64,000 nucleotides of DNA from Candidatus Sigynarchaeum calidifontis (lineage in GTDB: Archaea; Asgardarchaeota; Lokiarchaeia; Sigyniarchaeales; Sigyniarchaeaceae). Location: positions 1 through 64,000 of the forward strand of contig JAUQYZ020000230.1 in assembly GCA_030587475.2 (NCBI GenBank). The letters are read 5' to 3'. A program made the position numbers and the translations under genes. Shown here piece after piece: positions 1 to 9,833 of this stretch (the stretch's first letter is position 1; each line of letters starts with the position of its first letter). Under the pieces are notes generated by a model. That model searched no databases. It worked only from the letters and a program-made list of their open reading frames with translations, and was not told where the DNA came from.

Positions 1-53
1 CCCGTAAAGAGTTTGCAGAGGCGCTGCGCACGATGGAACAGGGACAGGAGTGA
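1..53 (+). CDS. 3' end of a bacterial ribonuclease M5 (RnmV)-like gene (partial; probably foreign or chimeric)
   Basis: Frame from nt 3 reads RKEFAEALRTMEQGQE-stop, resembling the Firmicutes RnmV C-terminus (ITREEF..AL). It is followed by an SD-like AGGAG and an RsmA-like N-terminus, matching the rnmV-rsmA gene order. Confidence 0.5.
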   Translation, partial: RKEFAEALRTMEQGQE

Positions 54-59
54 TCACGC

Positions 60-503
60 ATGAGCGGATACGATATGAAGGCGCTTGAAGTCGCAACGCC
101 GAAGCGCACGAAGGAAATTATTGCGAAGTACGGGTTCTCGTTCAAGAAAATCGTCCCGTGGGCAATGCTCGCCGGGTTCCTGTCCGGCTTCCTCGGCATC
201 GGCGGGGGCTTGGTCATGGTGCCCGCGTTCACGATCATCTGCACCATGCCCGCGCATGTCGTCGTGGCAACGAGTGGTTTCATGCTGCTCTTTAATTCGC
301 TCGTCGGCACCATCACGAAAATCGCGGTGGATAACGTCGACATCGTGATCGGCTTGATCTTCGCGGCCGGATCGATCTTCGGAGCCCAACTCGGTGCCAA
401 GATCGCCAAGGGAACGAAAAACAACACGCTCAAGAACATCGTCAGCATATTTCTCGTTGCGCTGGCCGTTTACAAGCTCGTCGACATCGCACTCCTTTCA
501 TGA
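60..503 (+). CDS. Chimeric ORF: RsmA/KsgA-like N-terminal ~30 aa joined to the C-terminal half of a TauE/SafE (TSUP) sulfite exporter-family membrane protein
   Basis: ATPKRTKEIIAKYGFSFKK (Bacillales RsmA N-terminus), then AGFLSGFLGIGGGLVMVP...AGSIFGAQLGAKIA (TSUP repeat motifs). Confidence 0.7.
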   Translation: MSGYDMKALEVATPKRTKEIIAKYGFSFKKIVPWAMLAGFLSGFLGIGGGLVMVPAFTIICTMPAHVVVATSGFMLLFNSLVGTITKIAVDNVDIVIGLIFAAGSIFGAQLGAKIAKGTKNNTLKNIVSIFLVALAVYKLVDIALLS

Positions 504-534
504 TCGAAAAGATTTATCCAGGGGAAACGAAAGC

Positions 535-1350
535 ATGGCACGGTTCACGTTCGGTCCAATCCATTCCCGCCGGCTCGGAATGAGCCTTGGTATCAACATT
601 CTTGCCCCGCTGGATGAGCAAAAAAAGCGCTGCACCTTCAACTGCACCTATTGCGAGATCGGTAGAAGCAAGCATGACGAGCTCGTGCCAGTCACGTTCC
701 GATACAACAACACGGACATCGCCCAGTTTCGCGCGGAGGTCGAGCCTCCCATCGCGAACTTGCCCGAGATCGATTCGGCCACGTTCGGGTACATGGGAGA
801 GACGACGCTCGCTTCCGGCCTCGAGCAATACCTCGCCATCGCCAGGGAGATAAAGGAGGCGCATCCCCGGCCCGATGGTGGCCCGCGCCTCTCCGTCTTC
901 ACGAATTCATCGACCCTTGGCGACCCCGGGATCCGCCACGTGCTCGCCAAGTTCGATTTCGTGATGGCCAAGCTGGACTGCGCCTTGCAGCCACTGTTCC
1001 TCAAGGTCAACCGCCCCGACCGCTCGGTACCGCCGGTGGCGACGATCATCGAGAACATCGCCCTTCTCTGCCAGGAGATCCGGAAAAATCCTTCTCATCA
1101 ACTAGCGATCCAAACCTTGCTCTTCAAGTCCATGAACCCGGGCACGCCTTCCAACATGGACGAAGAAAACCTCGCTGCCCTGGCCGATGCCTACGATCGC
1201 ATCGAGCCGCACGTCGTGCAAATATATTCAGTCGCTCGTGATCCCGCGGAGAATGGCATCTACGCGTTCTCGGCCAAGGACAAGGAACGTCTCCGGCAAT
1301 TCTTCGAGCAACACGTGAAACGGAAAAACATCGATATCCGCATCTATTAA
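535..1350 (+). CDS. Radical SAM Fe-S oxidoreductase (COG0731/Tyw1-related family)
   Basis: FGPIHSRRLGMSLGIN N-terminal signature, CTFNCTYC (CxxxCxxC), TNSS and KLD motifs; ATG at 535 chosen as start. Confidence 0.85.
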   Translation: MARFTFGPIHSRRLGMSLGINILAPLDEQKKRCTFNCTYCEIGRSKHDELVPVTFRYNNTDIAQFRAEVEPPIANLPEIDSATFGYMGETTLASGLEQYLAIAREIKEAHPRPDGGPRLSVFTNSSTLGDPGIRHVLAKFDFVMAKLDCALQPLFLKVNRPDRSVPPVATIIENIALLCQEIRKNPSHQLAIQTLLFKSMNPGTPSNMDEENLAALADAYDRIEPHVVQIYSVARDPAENGIYAFSAKDKERLRQFFEQHVKRKNIDIRIY

Positions 1351-1401
1351 ATGGCGCGCGCGAATTTCAACACCGGATCGTGCTTGAAACATGGTTCACT
1401 T

Positions 1402-4400
1402 TTACGAATAGCATGTCCTGTTGATGATCGAACGCTTCAAGTCATCAGTTAAATCCTTGAAATAGGCACAATAGCCCGCGATGCGCACCATCAAGTAGGG
1501 ATATTTTTCCGGATGCTCGTAGGCATCAAGCAAGATCTCACGGTTGATGATGTTGGGCTGGATTTGCATGCCCCCTTTCGTGAGGAACGTTTTCAAGATG
1601 CTCGCCAGGTTGCTCACGCCATCACGACCTTGGAAAAGAGATGAATCGATTGTCAACGTGGCCGTTGTCCCGTTATCCGCGTGGTTCGTGAAATCAACCG
1701 CGGCGATCGCATTCAACGAGGACAGAAGATCCGCTTGTTCCATGCCATAATGCGGGATGATGCTATTTGCAAGCGGGACCCCTTTCAACCGGCCGGATGG
1801 CAACGTCGGGGTCCTTTTCCCGTACATGGTCGCGACGTTCAAGGCGTAATACCCCTCGGAATACCTGCCATTGCGCGGGCAGTTTTCCACGGAATCCAAG
1901 GCCTTGTTATAGATCGCCATCACCTTGCTCACCCAATCCGAAGCTTCGCGGGACGAGTCATCGCCGAATTTCGGTACCGCGAGCAGCGCTTCCTTGATGC
2001 GCTGGTTCTCGTTCCCTTCAAAATCGGCATCGATGGCCTTGATGACTTCCGCGATGGTGTACAAGTGTTTCTTGAAAACGACCTCATCGAGTGCATGTAA
2101 CGAATCCGCGACATCCGTGACTCCAACAGCTTGTATGCCACTGCTGTTCAATACCGTGCCCCCTTCATACACGTCCTTTCCCGTGTCGATACAGCTCTTG
2201 AAAAGCGATGATGCAAGAGGCGTGGTGAAGTTCTTGCGGAGTTCTTGCTCGATGGTCTGGTGATCGGCAAGAATCGATTTTGCTAGCTCGTTCAATCGTG
2301 CCTGGAAACGATCGAGGAGTTCCTCCATGCTGGATGGTGGATTATAGTTAAAACGTCCCAGTTTCTTGGCACGCCGCTTCACCGCCTTGGCGCGTGCCTT
2401 GACAATGGCCTTGGAAATGCGATTGTTTCCCTTGAACGTGTTTTCGATGAAATTCGTGACCAGTTTTTCAAATTGATCGCCAAGCCCGTAGTGCCACAGT
2501 TCATATTCCACTCCTTTCAAGGCTTGCAAGAAAGGCAGGGCAAGATTCATGTTGGCACAATCCGTGTTGCCAAAATGACTATCGGAGGCTGCCGGCTCGA
2601 CGCATCCCACTATCGAGTAATTCCTTGCCTGTTCCACGGTCACGGGATAATGTCGCAAAATGGATTCCACGTAGATATTATCCGCATTTACCTTGGGCTG
2701 GGGAGATCCGTTGAGATATGCCTCTGCAATTCTCTCCAAATAACGAGGCGGGCTGTTTTCATGAACCCTTGCCGACATGTCGATAGAATAGGGCTGCAGC
2801 TCGCAAGCATCCACTAGCATATAGGTGATGTCATTGGTAGCATCGTTTCCATCCTTGTCAACGCCGCCAAATGTCATGGTCTGGTCCACGGACATCGTCT
2901 CGAAGAGCCTGTTGAGATTCAAGACGGAATTGCCATCATTGATCAGGAACACCTCGTCTATCTTGAGAATGAACAAGCAGAGAAGCTCCTTCGCTCTCTC
3001 GTAATCAAGTCTCCCCGCTTCCAAGTCCGCTTTATAATAGGGATACAAGATCTGATCGACGCGACCAAAGGATATTGCATTCTCATAGGATTCGAGACAA
3101 AGCGCGATGTGGAGAAAGAGCATGCTTTGCAAGGCTTCATGATAGGTGCGAGCTGGATATTTTGGGACACGCGTGCAGATCTCGGCCATGTCCTCCAGTT
3201 CCTTGCGACGTTTCGGATCGGATTCCTTCTTGCTCAATTCGACCAAGCTGTCGGCATATCTCTGGGCAAAGGCTTCCAACGCCTCGAGCGCAATGATGGC
3301 GCCGTTGTAAAAATCTTGGTTATTCTCTGGTTTTTCCTTCTGTACCGCCTTGATTTCGTCGATTATGCCCGTCGTTCCCAATTGCAAGATACGCTCGAAA
3401 TTCACGATAAAGTGCGCGATCATCGCCATGTTATTTTCAAAACCAGCGACCATTTCCGCTGCATGCGCGATTCCATAGATAAACCTTTTTAGCGAGTAAA
3501 ATACCTTCCGGAAAAGGCCATGCTTGTACCAGAATGGAAAGATACGGAAATAAGCATACAATATATCCTTCCACGAGCACTTGAAGGAAACCGGCTTTAG
3601 GCGATTTACCCTGAAGAAAAAAACACTCGGAAGATCGCAATAAAGTTCTTCCCACAACTGGCAGGCAACTCTTTTTGCCGTGAAATTTCCGACAAGCAAT
3701 TCTCCGGGATAGATAATTACTTTCTTATATTTCAAAACATAGGCGAGGCGTTCAGCCCTGTGAATGGGGGTTGGCTTCTTGAATCCATTTTTTCTGTAAT
3801 ACTGCGTCTTCAACTTGGATGCCTCGATGCAAACCGCCCGGCCGTAATCCCGTTGGGCTTTTTGTATATCTTTAACTCGCTGCGTGAATTCGGCCGGGTG
3901 CCTGGACGTGTCAAGGTCCGTGTTTTCGGCAGTGATGCCAAGCTGCTTGAACAGTTCAACAGCCTTCCGGATCGATGCCCGGCTCTGGTCGGGGGTGATG
4001 TCGAGCGGTACGAATTCTAGACCAAGGCGCTTGGCTTTATCCTCGTAAAGGTTGTGATATTTCATCAGTTCAATCGAATGGAAATTGATCGATTTCAAGA
4101 AATCTGCGGCTTTACGTATGTTACTCTCGCCATCGTTTAGTCCTGGCACCATCACCATGCGGAACTGGATCTTCACTTTCAAGTCGAGGAGTTTACCCAG
4201 ATTTTCATGGATCAAGGTGCTGTTTTGATTCGTGAGTTTTTTGTGAAGGTCATCGTCGCCGATCACCTTAAGATCGACGAGAAAAAGATCGATGTACGGG
4301 GCTGCCTTGCTGATGGTTTTCCATGGCGCGAAAAGCGATGTTTCGACGATCACGTGAAAGTTCTCTTTTTTTAACGCTTTCAATAATTCGAGGAGATGAG

Positions 4401-4713
4401 CCGGATCTTGGAGGAATGGCTCGCCGCCGCTCAACGTGACCCCGCCATTGGTCGGGGTATAAAAATCCTTGTCTCTGGAAACGATATCCATGATTTTATC
4501 AAGTGAATAATCGCATCCTTGTCCCACGCGACCTTGAAGCGGCTGCATTTCGGGATTTTGGCACCACGCGCATCGCATGTTGCACCCTTGGAAAAAGACC
4601 GTCGTGCGAATCCCGGGACCATCATAAACGCAAGTACGTTGGATTTTAAAGACTTTCAAGCCCTGATCAATCTTGATCGCATGAGGATCCTTTAGATCTT
4701 GCGCTAACAGCAT
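1402..4713 (-). CDS. Fusion of a glycyl-radical activating enzyme (radical SAM) and a glycyl radical enzyme (PFL2/dehydratase-like)
   Basis: N-terminal: DGPGIRTTVFFQGCNMRCAWCQNPE and GGVTLSGGEP. C-terminal: SFGRVDQ, Cys loop IVGCVEP, Gly loop VRIAGYCAYF. One uninterrupted ORF, open to 4767; start uncertain. Confidence 0.9.
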   Translation of the reverse strand: MLLAQDLKDPHAIKIDQGLKVFKIQRTCVYDGPGIRTTVFFQGCNMRCAWCQNPEMQPLQGRVGQGCDYSLDKIMDIVSRDKDFYTPTNGGVTLSGGEPFLQDPAHLLELLKALKKENFHVIVETSLFAPWKTISKAAPYIDLFLVDLKVIGDDDLHKKLTNQNSTLIHENLGKLLDLKVKIQFRMVMVPGLNDGESNIRKAADFLKSINFHSIELMKYHNLYEDKAKRLGLEFVPLDITPDQSRASIRKAVELFKQLGITAENTDLDTSRHPAEFTQRVKDIQKAQRDYGRAVCIEASKLKTQYYRKNGFKKPTPIHRAERLAYVLKYKKVIIYPGELLVGNFTAKRVACQLWEELYCDLPSVFFFRVNRLKPVSFKCSWKDILYAYFRIFPFWYKHGLFRKVFYSLKRFIYGIAHAAEMVAGFENNMAMIAHFIVNFERILQLGTTGIIDEIKAVQKEKPENNQDFYNGAIIALEALEAFAQRYADSLVELSKKESDPKRRKELEDMAEICTRVPKYPARTYHEALQSMLFLHIALCLESYENAISFGRVDQILYPYYKADLEAGRLDYERAKELLCLFILKIDEVFLINDGNSVLNLNRLFETMSVDQTMTFGGVDKDGNDATNDITYMLVDACELQPYSIDMSARVHENSPPRYLERIAEAYLNGSPQPKVNADNIYVESILRHYPVTVEQARNYSIVGCVEPAASDSHFGNTDCANMNLALPFLQALKGVEYELWHYGLGDQFEKLVTNFIENTFKGNNRISKAIVKARAKAVKRRAKKLGRFNYNPPSSMEELLDRFQARLNELAKSILADHQTIEQELRKNFTTPLASSLFKSCIDTGKDVYEGGTVLNSSGIQAVGVTDVADSLHALDEVVFKKHLYTIAEVIKAIDADFEGNENQRIKEALLAVPKFGDDSSREASDWVSKVMAIYNKALDSVENCPRNGRYSEGYYALNVATMYGKRTPTLPSGRLKGVPLANSIIPHYGMEQADLLSSLNAIAAVDFTNHADNGTTATLTIDSSLFQGRDGVSNLASILKTFLTKGGMQIQPNIINREILLDAYEHPEKYPYLMVRIAGYCAYFKDLTDDLKRSIINRTCYS

Positions 4714-5148
4714 TCTAAACTTCTCTTGAACATGTACGGCACGTCGATTTTGAATGATTGTAGGCACATGAAGTCGAAATAGCCACGTTGGTCATCTTCT
4801 TCTTAGTTCGATCATTTATACCTTCGCCCCCAATTCGTAATATGATCGCAAAATCTGGCGTTAAAATAGAATCTTTAATCGGGGGAAAAATGAACGCGTG
4901 GACAGAGCCTCTTTCATTGTGTTTTGAACTTAACTCAAATACATGTGAAAAAATAGGGAAACCTTCAAGGAAAATCGAAATAAATCGCATCGTGTTCAAT
5001 AAAATGCGTCCCTCGCGAGATAACCTGTCGCCGTGCATGTTCCCAATCATGCGATTAAGATTTAATGTGTCGAAATGTTTGTTCAATCATTCGCTTAACT
5101 AAATCTAAGGTATTTTTCTAACTATCTATCGTATTAAAGGTCAAGATA

Positions 5149-7356
5149 ATGAACCGTCGACTCACAATCATCGGATTGTGTTTCGTCGCCGGCTTTTTCG
5201 TCCTACTTTCCATTGGACCTACATTTTTCGCAACAAAAGAATTCATCGCTTCCACAAGTCCTGCTAACATGTCATTTTCCATGCCTGGTGTCAACAGCTT
5301 CTCGCTATCGAGGCTGCCCGACGACCACATCGTCATGTGTTACATCGATGGCGGACACATTTATTGCCGCGAGTCAGACACTCGCGGGGCGAATTGGCAA
5401 GCCCCTTTCTCTATCATCTCGACAAACATTACGAATGCTGATAACTTGTTTACTGCTATCTATAGCTCCGGAGGCAATAACATTCTTTTACTAGCCTGGG
5501 ACGCTGAACCGTCGCTCGGAAACTTGACTAGGCGCGCATTTTATGCAGCCGTGAACTTGATGACCCGGAGCATCGTAAAAATTCCCGCCTTTTGTTCTGA
5601 CGGCAGCGGTTCGGCCATGGAACAGCATCCGACGATTGCCCGCAGCGCTACGGGCGTGTACTACATGGCGTGGCTCGTGAACGCGTCTGGCAATTACAAT
5701 ATAGCTATGAGGAACGGCACCTCGCTCTCGGAATGGGGTGATGTTTCGTCTGTACATCTCGGCAGCGACCACATCTGCTGTCCTAGCATCATGGTCACTT
5801 CATCCGGGAATCCCGAGATCGTATATTCCCGCGCGAACGCGACATCCCAGCAATTGCTCCATCGATCCATACTCGATGGTGTTGATTTCGGCCCGGCTCA
5901 CGTTTTGGTGAACAACACTGCCGGCGGTGCCCGGTTCAAGTGGTTCGATAGCTCCCTTTCCTCCACGGATGACGTGATCGTGTCGTTTTATGGATCGGGA
6001 AAGATTAATGGCGAGGATTTGGCGAATGCTTCGATCATCATCTACGCGACCCGCGAGTCCGGGTTATCTCGCGTAAAAGAGCAAACCGTGGTCGGTTGTA
6101 ACGGGACACGAAGTCTTGCGCATGTTGCCTTTACAAACGATCAAGTTTTCACCATCTGGCTCGAAAACGCTTATAGCGACAGCAGTGACGTACGATTCAT
6201 CATAACCGATTTTGACATGTCGAACAAGAATTCCACTTTCCACAGCATCTTGCTCGCCTACATCATCTTGTCGTGCGGGGCTTTCAACATTTTCGTTTAT
6301 TTCCACTTGAAGAAAAGGAATAAATTGGATGAATCCAGCGAGCCGCTCAACAACCACGCGGTGACCGCTTGTTTCTTCGCGATCGGTATTCTCATGATCA
6401 TCCCTGCCTCGGGTTTCCAGGGAGAGCGGCTCGGCGAGTCCTACGCCGACGGGTTCATTTTCCCGGCACCCATCAACCTCGGGTCGATCATTGTCATAGG
6501 ATTTGTTTTCTTATTCTTCGGGATATCGACCCCCCTCATCGATAAATTCTGGCACCGGGACAAGCGGGAGCAGCGATCCATCTTGCACGTCGAAGCACGG
6601 CCGTTTTCGTGGAAGCAAGAAGTCCTGCGCAAATTACCGCACGTGATCATGTTCCTCCTCGTGTTCGGCTTCGATCCGATCGGATCCAGCGCCATGCAAT
6701 ATGTTAATATCCAGAAATATGACCGGTACAATTTCATGAACGAGGGTGGCATCATCTTCGATTACGTGCTGCGGCTCAACAACATCGAGATCGGGAGCTA
6801 TGCGGTGAAGTTAATGATGGTATCGGGCATGATCTTCCTCTGGATCCTCGATCTACACGTGCTGCTGGCCTCGCCCACCACGTACTATTTCGCGAAGGAT
6901 TATTTCATCCTAGCGTTCAGGAAAAAGGAGCGCTCGTCGATGGCGGATTTTATCGTCATGTTCTCGTCCTTGTTGCTCATGATTCTCATATTGACGTATC
7001 ACCCCCAGTACAAGCTACAAGGTTCCTTCGTGAGCTTCGCTGGCTTCGGCGTGCTATGCTTTGGTGACACGGCGGGAATGATCTTCGGCCGCATCTTCGG
7101 CAAGCACAAGCTATGGAAAGGTTCGATCAAGTCCTGGGAAGGCGCGATCGCGGGAACGGTCGTGGCCTTCATCGCGTCCCTTTTTTTCATCGAATGGCCG
7201 TTCGCGCTGATAATGGCTGGCATTTACCTTGCCGTTGATATAATCACGTCGCGCGTGCCGATCTCAGATAATTTTCTCATCCCGATCTTAACGGCTCTTA
7301 TATTCTTGCCATTGCTCCCACTCGTCCAATCTCCGCTAACTGGCCTATACACGTGA
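5149..7356 (+). CDS. Membrane protein with an extracytoplasmic BNR/beta-propeller-like domain fused to a dolichol/phytol kinase (SEC59/DGK1/VTE5-like) domain
   Basis: N-terminal signal/TM segment, Asp-box-like RESDTRGANW, many NxS/T sequons. C-terminal RKLPH, FGDTAGMIFGRIFGKHK..KSWEG and DNFLIP motifs. Confidence 0.8.
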   Translation: MNRRLTIIGLCFVAGFFVLLSIGPTFFATKEFIASTSPANMSFSMPGVNSFSLSRLPDDHIVMCYIDGGHIYCRESDTRGANWQAPFSIISTNITNADNLFTAIYSSGGNNILLLAWDAEPSLGNLTRRAFYAAVNLMTRSIVKIPAFCSDGSGSAMEQHPTIARSATGVYYMAWLVNASGNYNIAMRNGTSLSEWGDVSSVHLGSDHICCPSIMVTSSGNPEIVYSRANATSQQLLHRSILDGVDFGPAHVLVNNTAGGARFKWFDSSLSSTDDVIVSFYGSGKINGEDLANASIIIYATRESGLSRVKEQTVVGCNGTRSLAHVAFTNDQVFTIWLENAYSDSSDVRFIITDFDMSNKNSTFHSILLAYIILSCGAFNIFVYFHLKKRNKLDESSEPLNNHAVTACFFAIGILMIIPASGFQGERLGESYADGFIFPAPINLGSIIVIGFVFLFFGISTPLIDKFWHRDKREQRSILHVEARPFSWKQEVLRKLPHVIMFLLVFGFDPIGSSAMQYVNIQKYDRYNFMNEGGIIFDYVLRLNNIEIGSYAVKLMMVSGMIFLWILDLHVLLASPTTYYFAKDYFILAFRKKERSSMADFIVMFSSLLLMILILTYHPQYKLQGSFVSFAGFGVLCFGDTAGMIFGRIFGKHKLWKGSIKSWEGAIAGTVVAFIASLFFIEWPFALIMAGIYLAVDIITSRVPISDNFLIPILTALIFLPLLPLVQSPLTGLYT

Positions 7357-7388
7357 CATCTCGAGGGGCACGAATATCGTGATATCAC

Positions 7389-7745
7389 ATGGGTTATACC
7401 CGGGCGCAGCTCGTGATGATGCCCTCTTTCAAAGGATCGTGCACGGGGATCTGTTGCCAGGTGAACAGATTGCTCCAAAACCAGAGACCTGGAATTCCGG
7501 CATGGGAGGATATCAAGTACATAACGAAAGACCTGGCCAACGTGCTCGATAACTTCGTTGACGATGCTGACGCGCCCATCCCTACCATGCGCGCACGCTT
7601 GGCGAGAACTATAGCCGAAATGCGAGACGAGAAAGGCATAGAGGACCGGATGCTCAAGCCGGCTGTCATTGACCCATACACGGCTATCCGGAACACGACG
7701 CACGACGCGATGGAAAAACTGCGTGCGATTATGCTCCGGCGTTGA
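7389..7745 (+). CDS. Hypothetical protein
   Basis: 118-aa ORF filling the gap between two + strand genes, with a T-run downstream; no recognisable motif. Confidence 0.5.
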   Translation: MGYTRAQLVMMPSFKGSCTGICCQVNRLLQNQRPGIPAWEDIKYITKDLANVLDNFVDDADAPIPTMRARLARTIAEMRDEKGIEDRMLKPAVIDPYTAIRNTTHDAMEKLRAIMLRR

Positions 7746-7817
7746 GTCGATCCCGTGTTTTTTTTCAACGGGCACATATTATACATATAACCAAGTAGGC
7801 ATCCAGCCGCGCCGAAC

Positions 7818-8738
7818 ATGAAACTCCTCGACTTGCAAACCAACGGGCTCGCGATCGGGCTTGCATCACGGCTAGATTCGAATAGGGCGATCAATCTATC
7901 GAAGGATCTATCGAATTTTTTTTTTGACAAGAAGATCAAGGTTGCCCCCGAATCCCGAATCGCCAACATCCTTGGCTTGCCCGGGCGATCCTTGCACGAG
8001 ATGACGGCCGACCAGGTGCCCGTGATCGCGTGCGTTGGTGGGGACGGGACTATCCTCAGGGTCGCCCAAAAGTTGCCCTTCAAGAATCCACCGGCGATCC
8101 TCGGCGTTAATGTAGGCGCAGTGGGATTTCTCGCGGAGTTTGACATCAACACGAGGGATTCCTTCAACCAGCTCGTTTCCGCCAATCTCATCGAAGAACA
8201 TTGCATGCGGCTCTCGTGCCACGTGGACAACCAGGACCACTTTCCGCCCGCGCTCAACGAGATCCTCGTCATCACGTCGAGACCATCCAAGGCACTGAGC
8301 GTAACGGTCTCGGTCGACCGGCAAGTCTACACCACGGGATACCTCGACGGGGTCATCGTGTCCACGCCAACCGGTTCCACAGCCTATTCCTTGTCTGCAG
8401 GTGGGGCGCTCGTGGCGCCCGATGTCGAGGCGATCCAGCTCGTGCCCGTGAGCCCTTTCGTGCGAACCGGCTTCAAGCCGATCCTCCTTTCCAGTAACTC
8501 GACGATCGAGATCGAGCTCCTCCGGCCCAAGTTGAATGCCATCATCGCCATCGACGGGCAAAACGAGTACACGATCAACTCCGCTGCCACGAAACGCATC
8601 ACGATACGCAAGTCATCGAGCGGGATATCCTTTTTACGAACGCAAATATCGAGAACCTCGTTTTTCTCCAGACTGAACAAGAAATTGCTACCCGGCGCAA
8701 AATTCCCGGTACCAAAATACGATCAACCCGAAGAATAA
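7818..8738 (+). CDS. nadK: NAD kinase
   Basis: GGDGTIL, GVNVGAVGFL, ALNE and DGVIVSTPTGSTAYSLSAGG motifs. Confidence 0.95.
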   Translation: MKLLDLQTNGLAIGLASRLDSNRAINLSKDLSNFFFDKKIKVAPESRIANILGLPGRSLHEMTADQVPVIACVGGDGTILRVAQKLPFKNPPAILGVNVGAVGFLAEFDINTRDSFNQLVSANLIEEHCMRLSCHVDNQDHFPPALNEILVITSRPSKALSVTVSVDRQVYTTGYLDGVIVSTPTGSTAYSLSAGGALVAPDVEAIQLVPVSPFVRTGFKPILLSSNSTIEIELLRPKLNAIIAIDGQNEYTINSAATKRITIRKSSSGISFLRTQISRTSFFSRLNKKLLPGAKFPVPKYDQPEE

Positions 8739-9238
8739 AAATTTTGCACCGGGACTTCATTTAGAACATTTATTTTCAATCACGGCATGTTTGCTTCTGT
8801 TTAAATGTAGTGATCTACTGATTCTCACTAAGCGCTGTCATTGCGCTGGAAAAAAATGCATTTTCTCCCACGCATCTTCTTTAAGAAAGATATGTTTTCA
8901 CATCCTTTTTTGGCCTCGATTTGTGAAGAATAAGGCATCAAGAAGCTTCAAAGGAATCTCGTGAAATTCAAGAAAGATTACGTTAAATTCGAAAAAATAA
9001 TGCGAGTTTAAACCTAACTTAATGAACTTTCTGCATGAAAACTTAACTTTGGGCATTAATATCCTGGCACGGCATTTTTCCACAGTTATAAAAAAGAATT
9101 TTCCGCTCTGCTCGAAAAATGAACGAACCAAGCTAGATTTCTCTCGTTAAATACGTCGATCTGACAACTTTACAGATAGGTTTTTAACCCCGTTCTCGTG
9201 CTTTTCAAACAACACGTCAATGAAACGTGAAACATCGC

Positions 9239-9760
9239 ATGTCTTCTCCTGCTCCCCAAGTGATAATACTAGACACTGCGACTATACTGCAAGGTGTTTC
9301 TTTTTCTCGCAAGGATATTCGTGTCACGGCCCCCGAGGAGGTACTTAACGAAGTTCGGTCTCGTATCCCCAAACTTCGCCTTGAACAATTACTTAGCTCT
9401 GGCACGGTACAAATCTGTGGCGCAACAAAGGAAGCAATAGCTGCCGCTCGCCAGGCTGCTGAAAAAACGGGCGATCTCCCTAACTTGTCCAAGCCGGATA
9501 TTTCCGTCATCGCGCTCGCAATGGAACAAAAGAAGGTTAATATCACCCCCATCGTCTACACGGGCGATTATGCTGTCCAAAACGTTCTCAGGAGTCAAGG
9601 TATCGCATTTCGATCTGTTGCGAACGAAGGTATTAAGGCAGTGATCAAATGGGTGTATAGATGCGATGCATGCAAGGTATCATTCAAGGCGCCGCCCGAT
9701 GGCGATGTATGCCCTGAATGCGGCACCGACGGCATGATAAAGAAAGTCAAGTCTCCGTGA
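9239..9760 (+). CDS. nob1: NOB1-family rRNA-processing endonuclease (PIN domain + zinc ribbon)
   Basis: ILDT, KTGD...LSKPDISVIALA, TGDYAVQNV, then CDAC...CPECG. Confidence 0.9.
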   Translation: MSSPAPQVIILDTATILQGVSFSRKDIRVTAPEEVLNEVRSRIPKLRLEQLLSSGTVQICGATKEAIAAARQAAEKTGDLPNLSKPDISVIALAMEQKKVNITPIVYTGDYAVQNVLRSQGIAFRSVANEGIKAVIKWVYRCDACKVSFKAPPDGDVCPECGTDGMIKKVKSP

Positions 9761-9833
9761 AAACTATATCTTGTCTCGTCCGGAAGAAGCAATCGTGTCT
9801 TAGATTTTGAACCGTGGACGTGGTGAAAAGAAA

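Noticed and set aside
535-1350. Radical SAM as the anaerobic sulfatase maturase or a second GRE activase
   Set aside because: No SPASM Cys-rich domain and no GRE-activase motifs; the N-terminal GP..SRRLG.SLG signature indicates COG0731.
4715-5102. ORFs 4715..5086 and 4788..5102
   Set aside because: Lie in the AT-rich divergent promoter region between the GRE fusion and the kinase fusion; no coding signature.
8739-9238. AT-rich 500-nt spacer as replication origin or small ORF 8898..9131
   Set aside because: No ORB-like repeats or adjacent cdc6/orc1; the ORF has no recognisable features.
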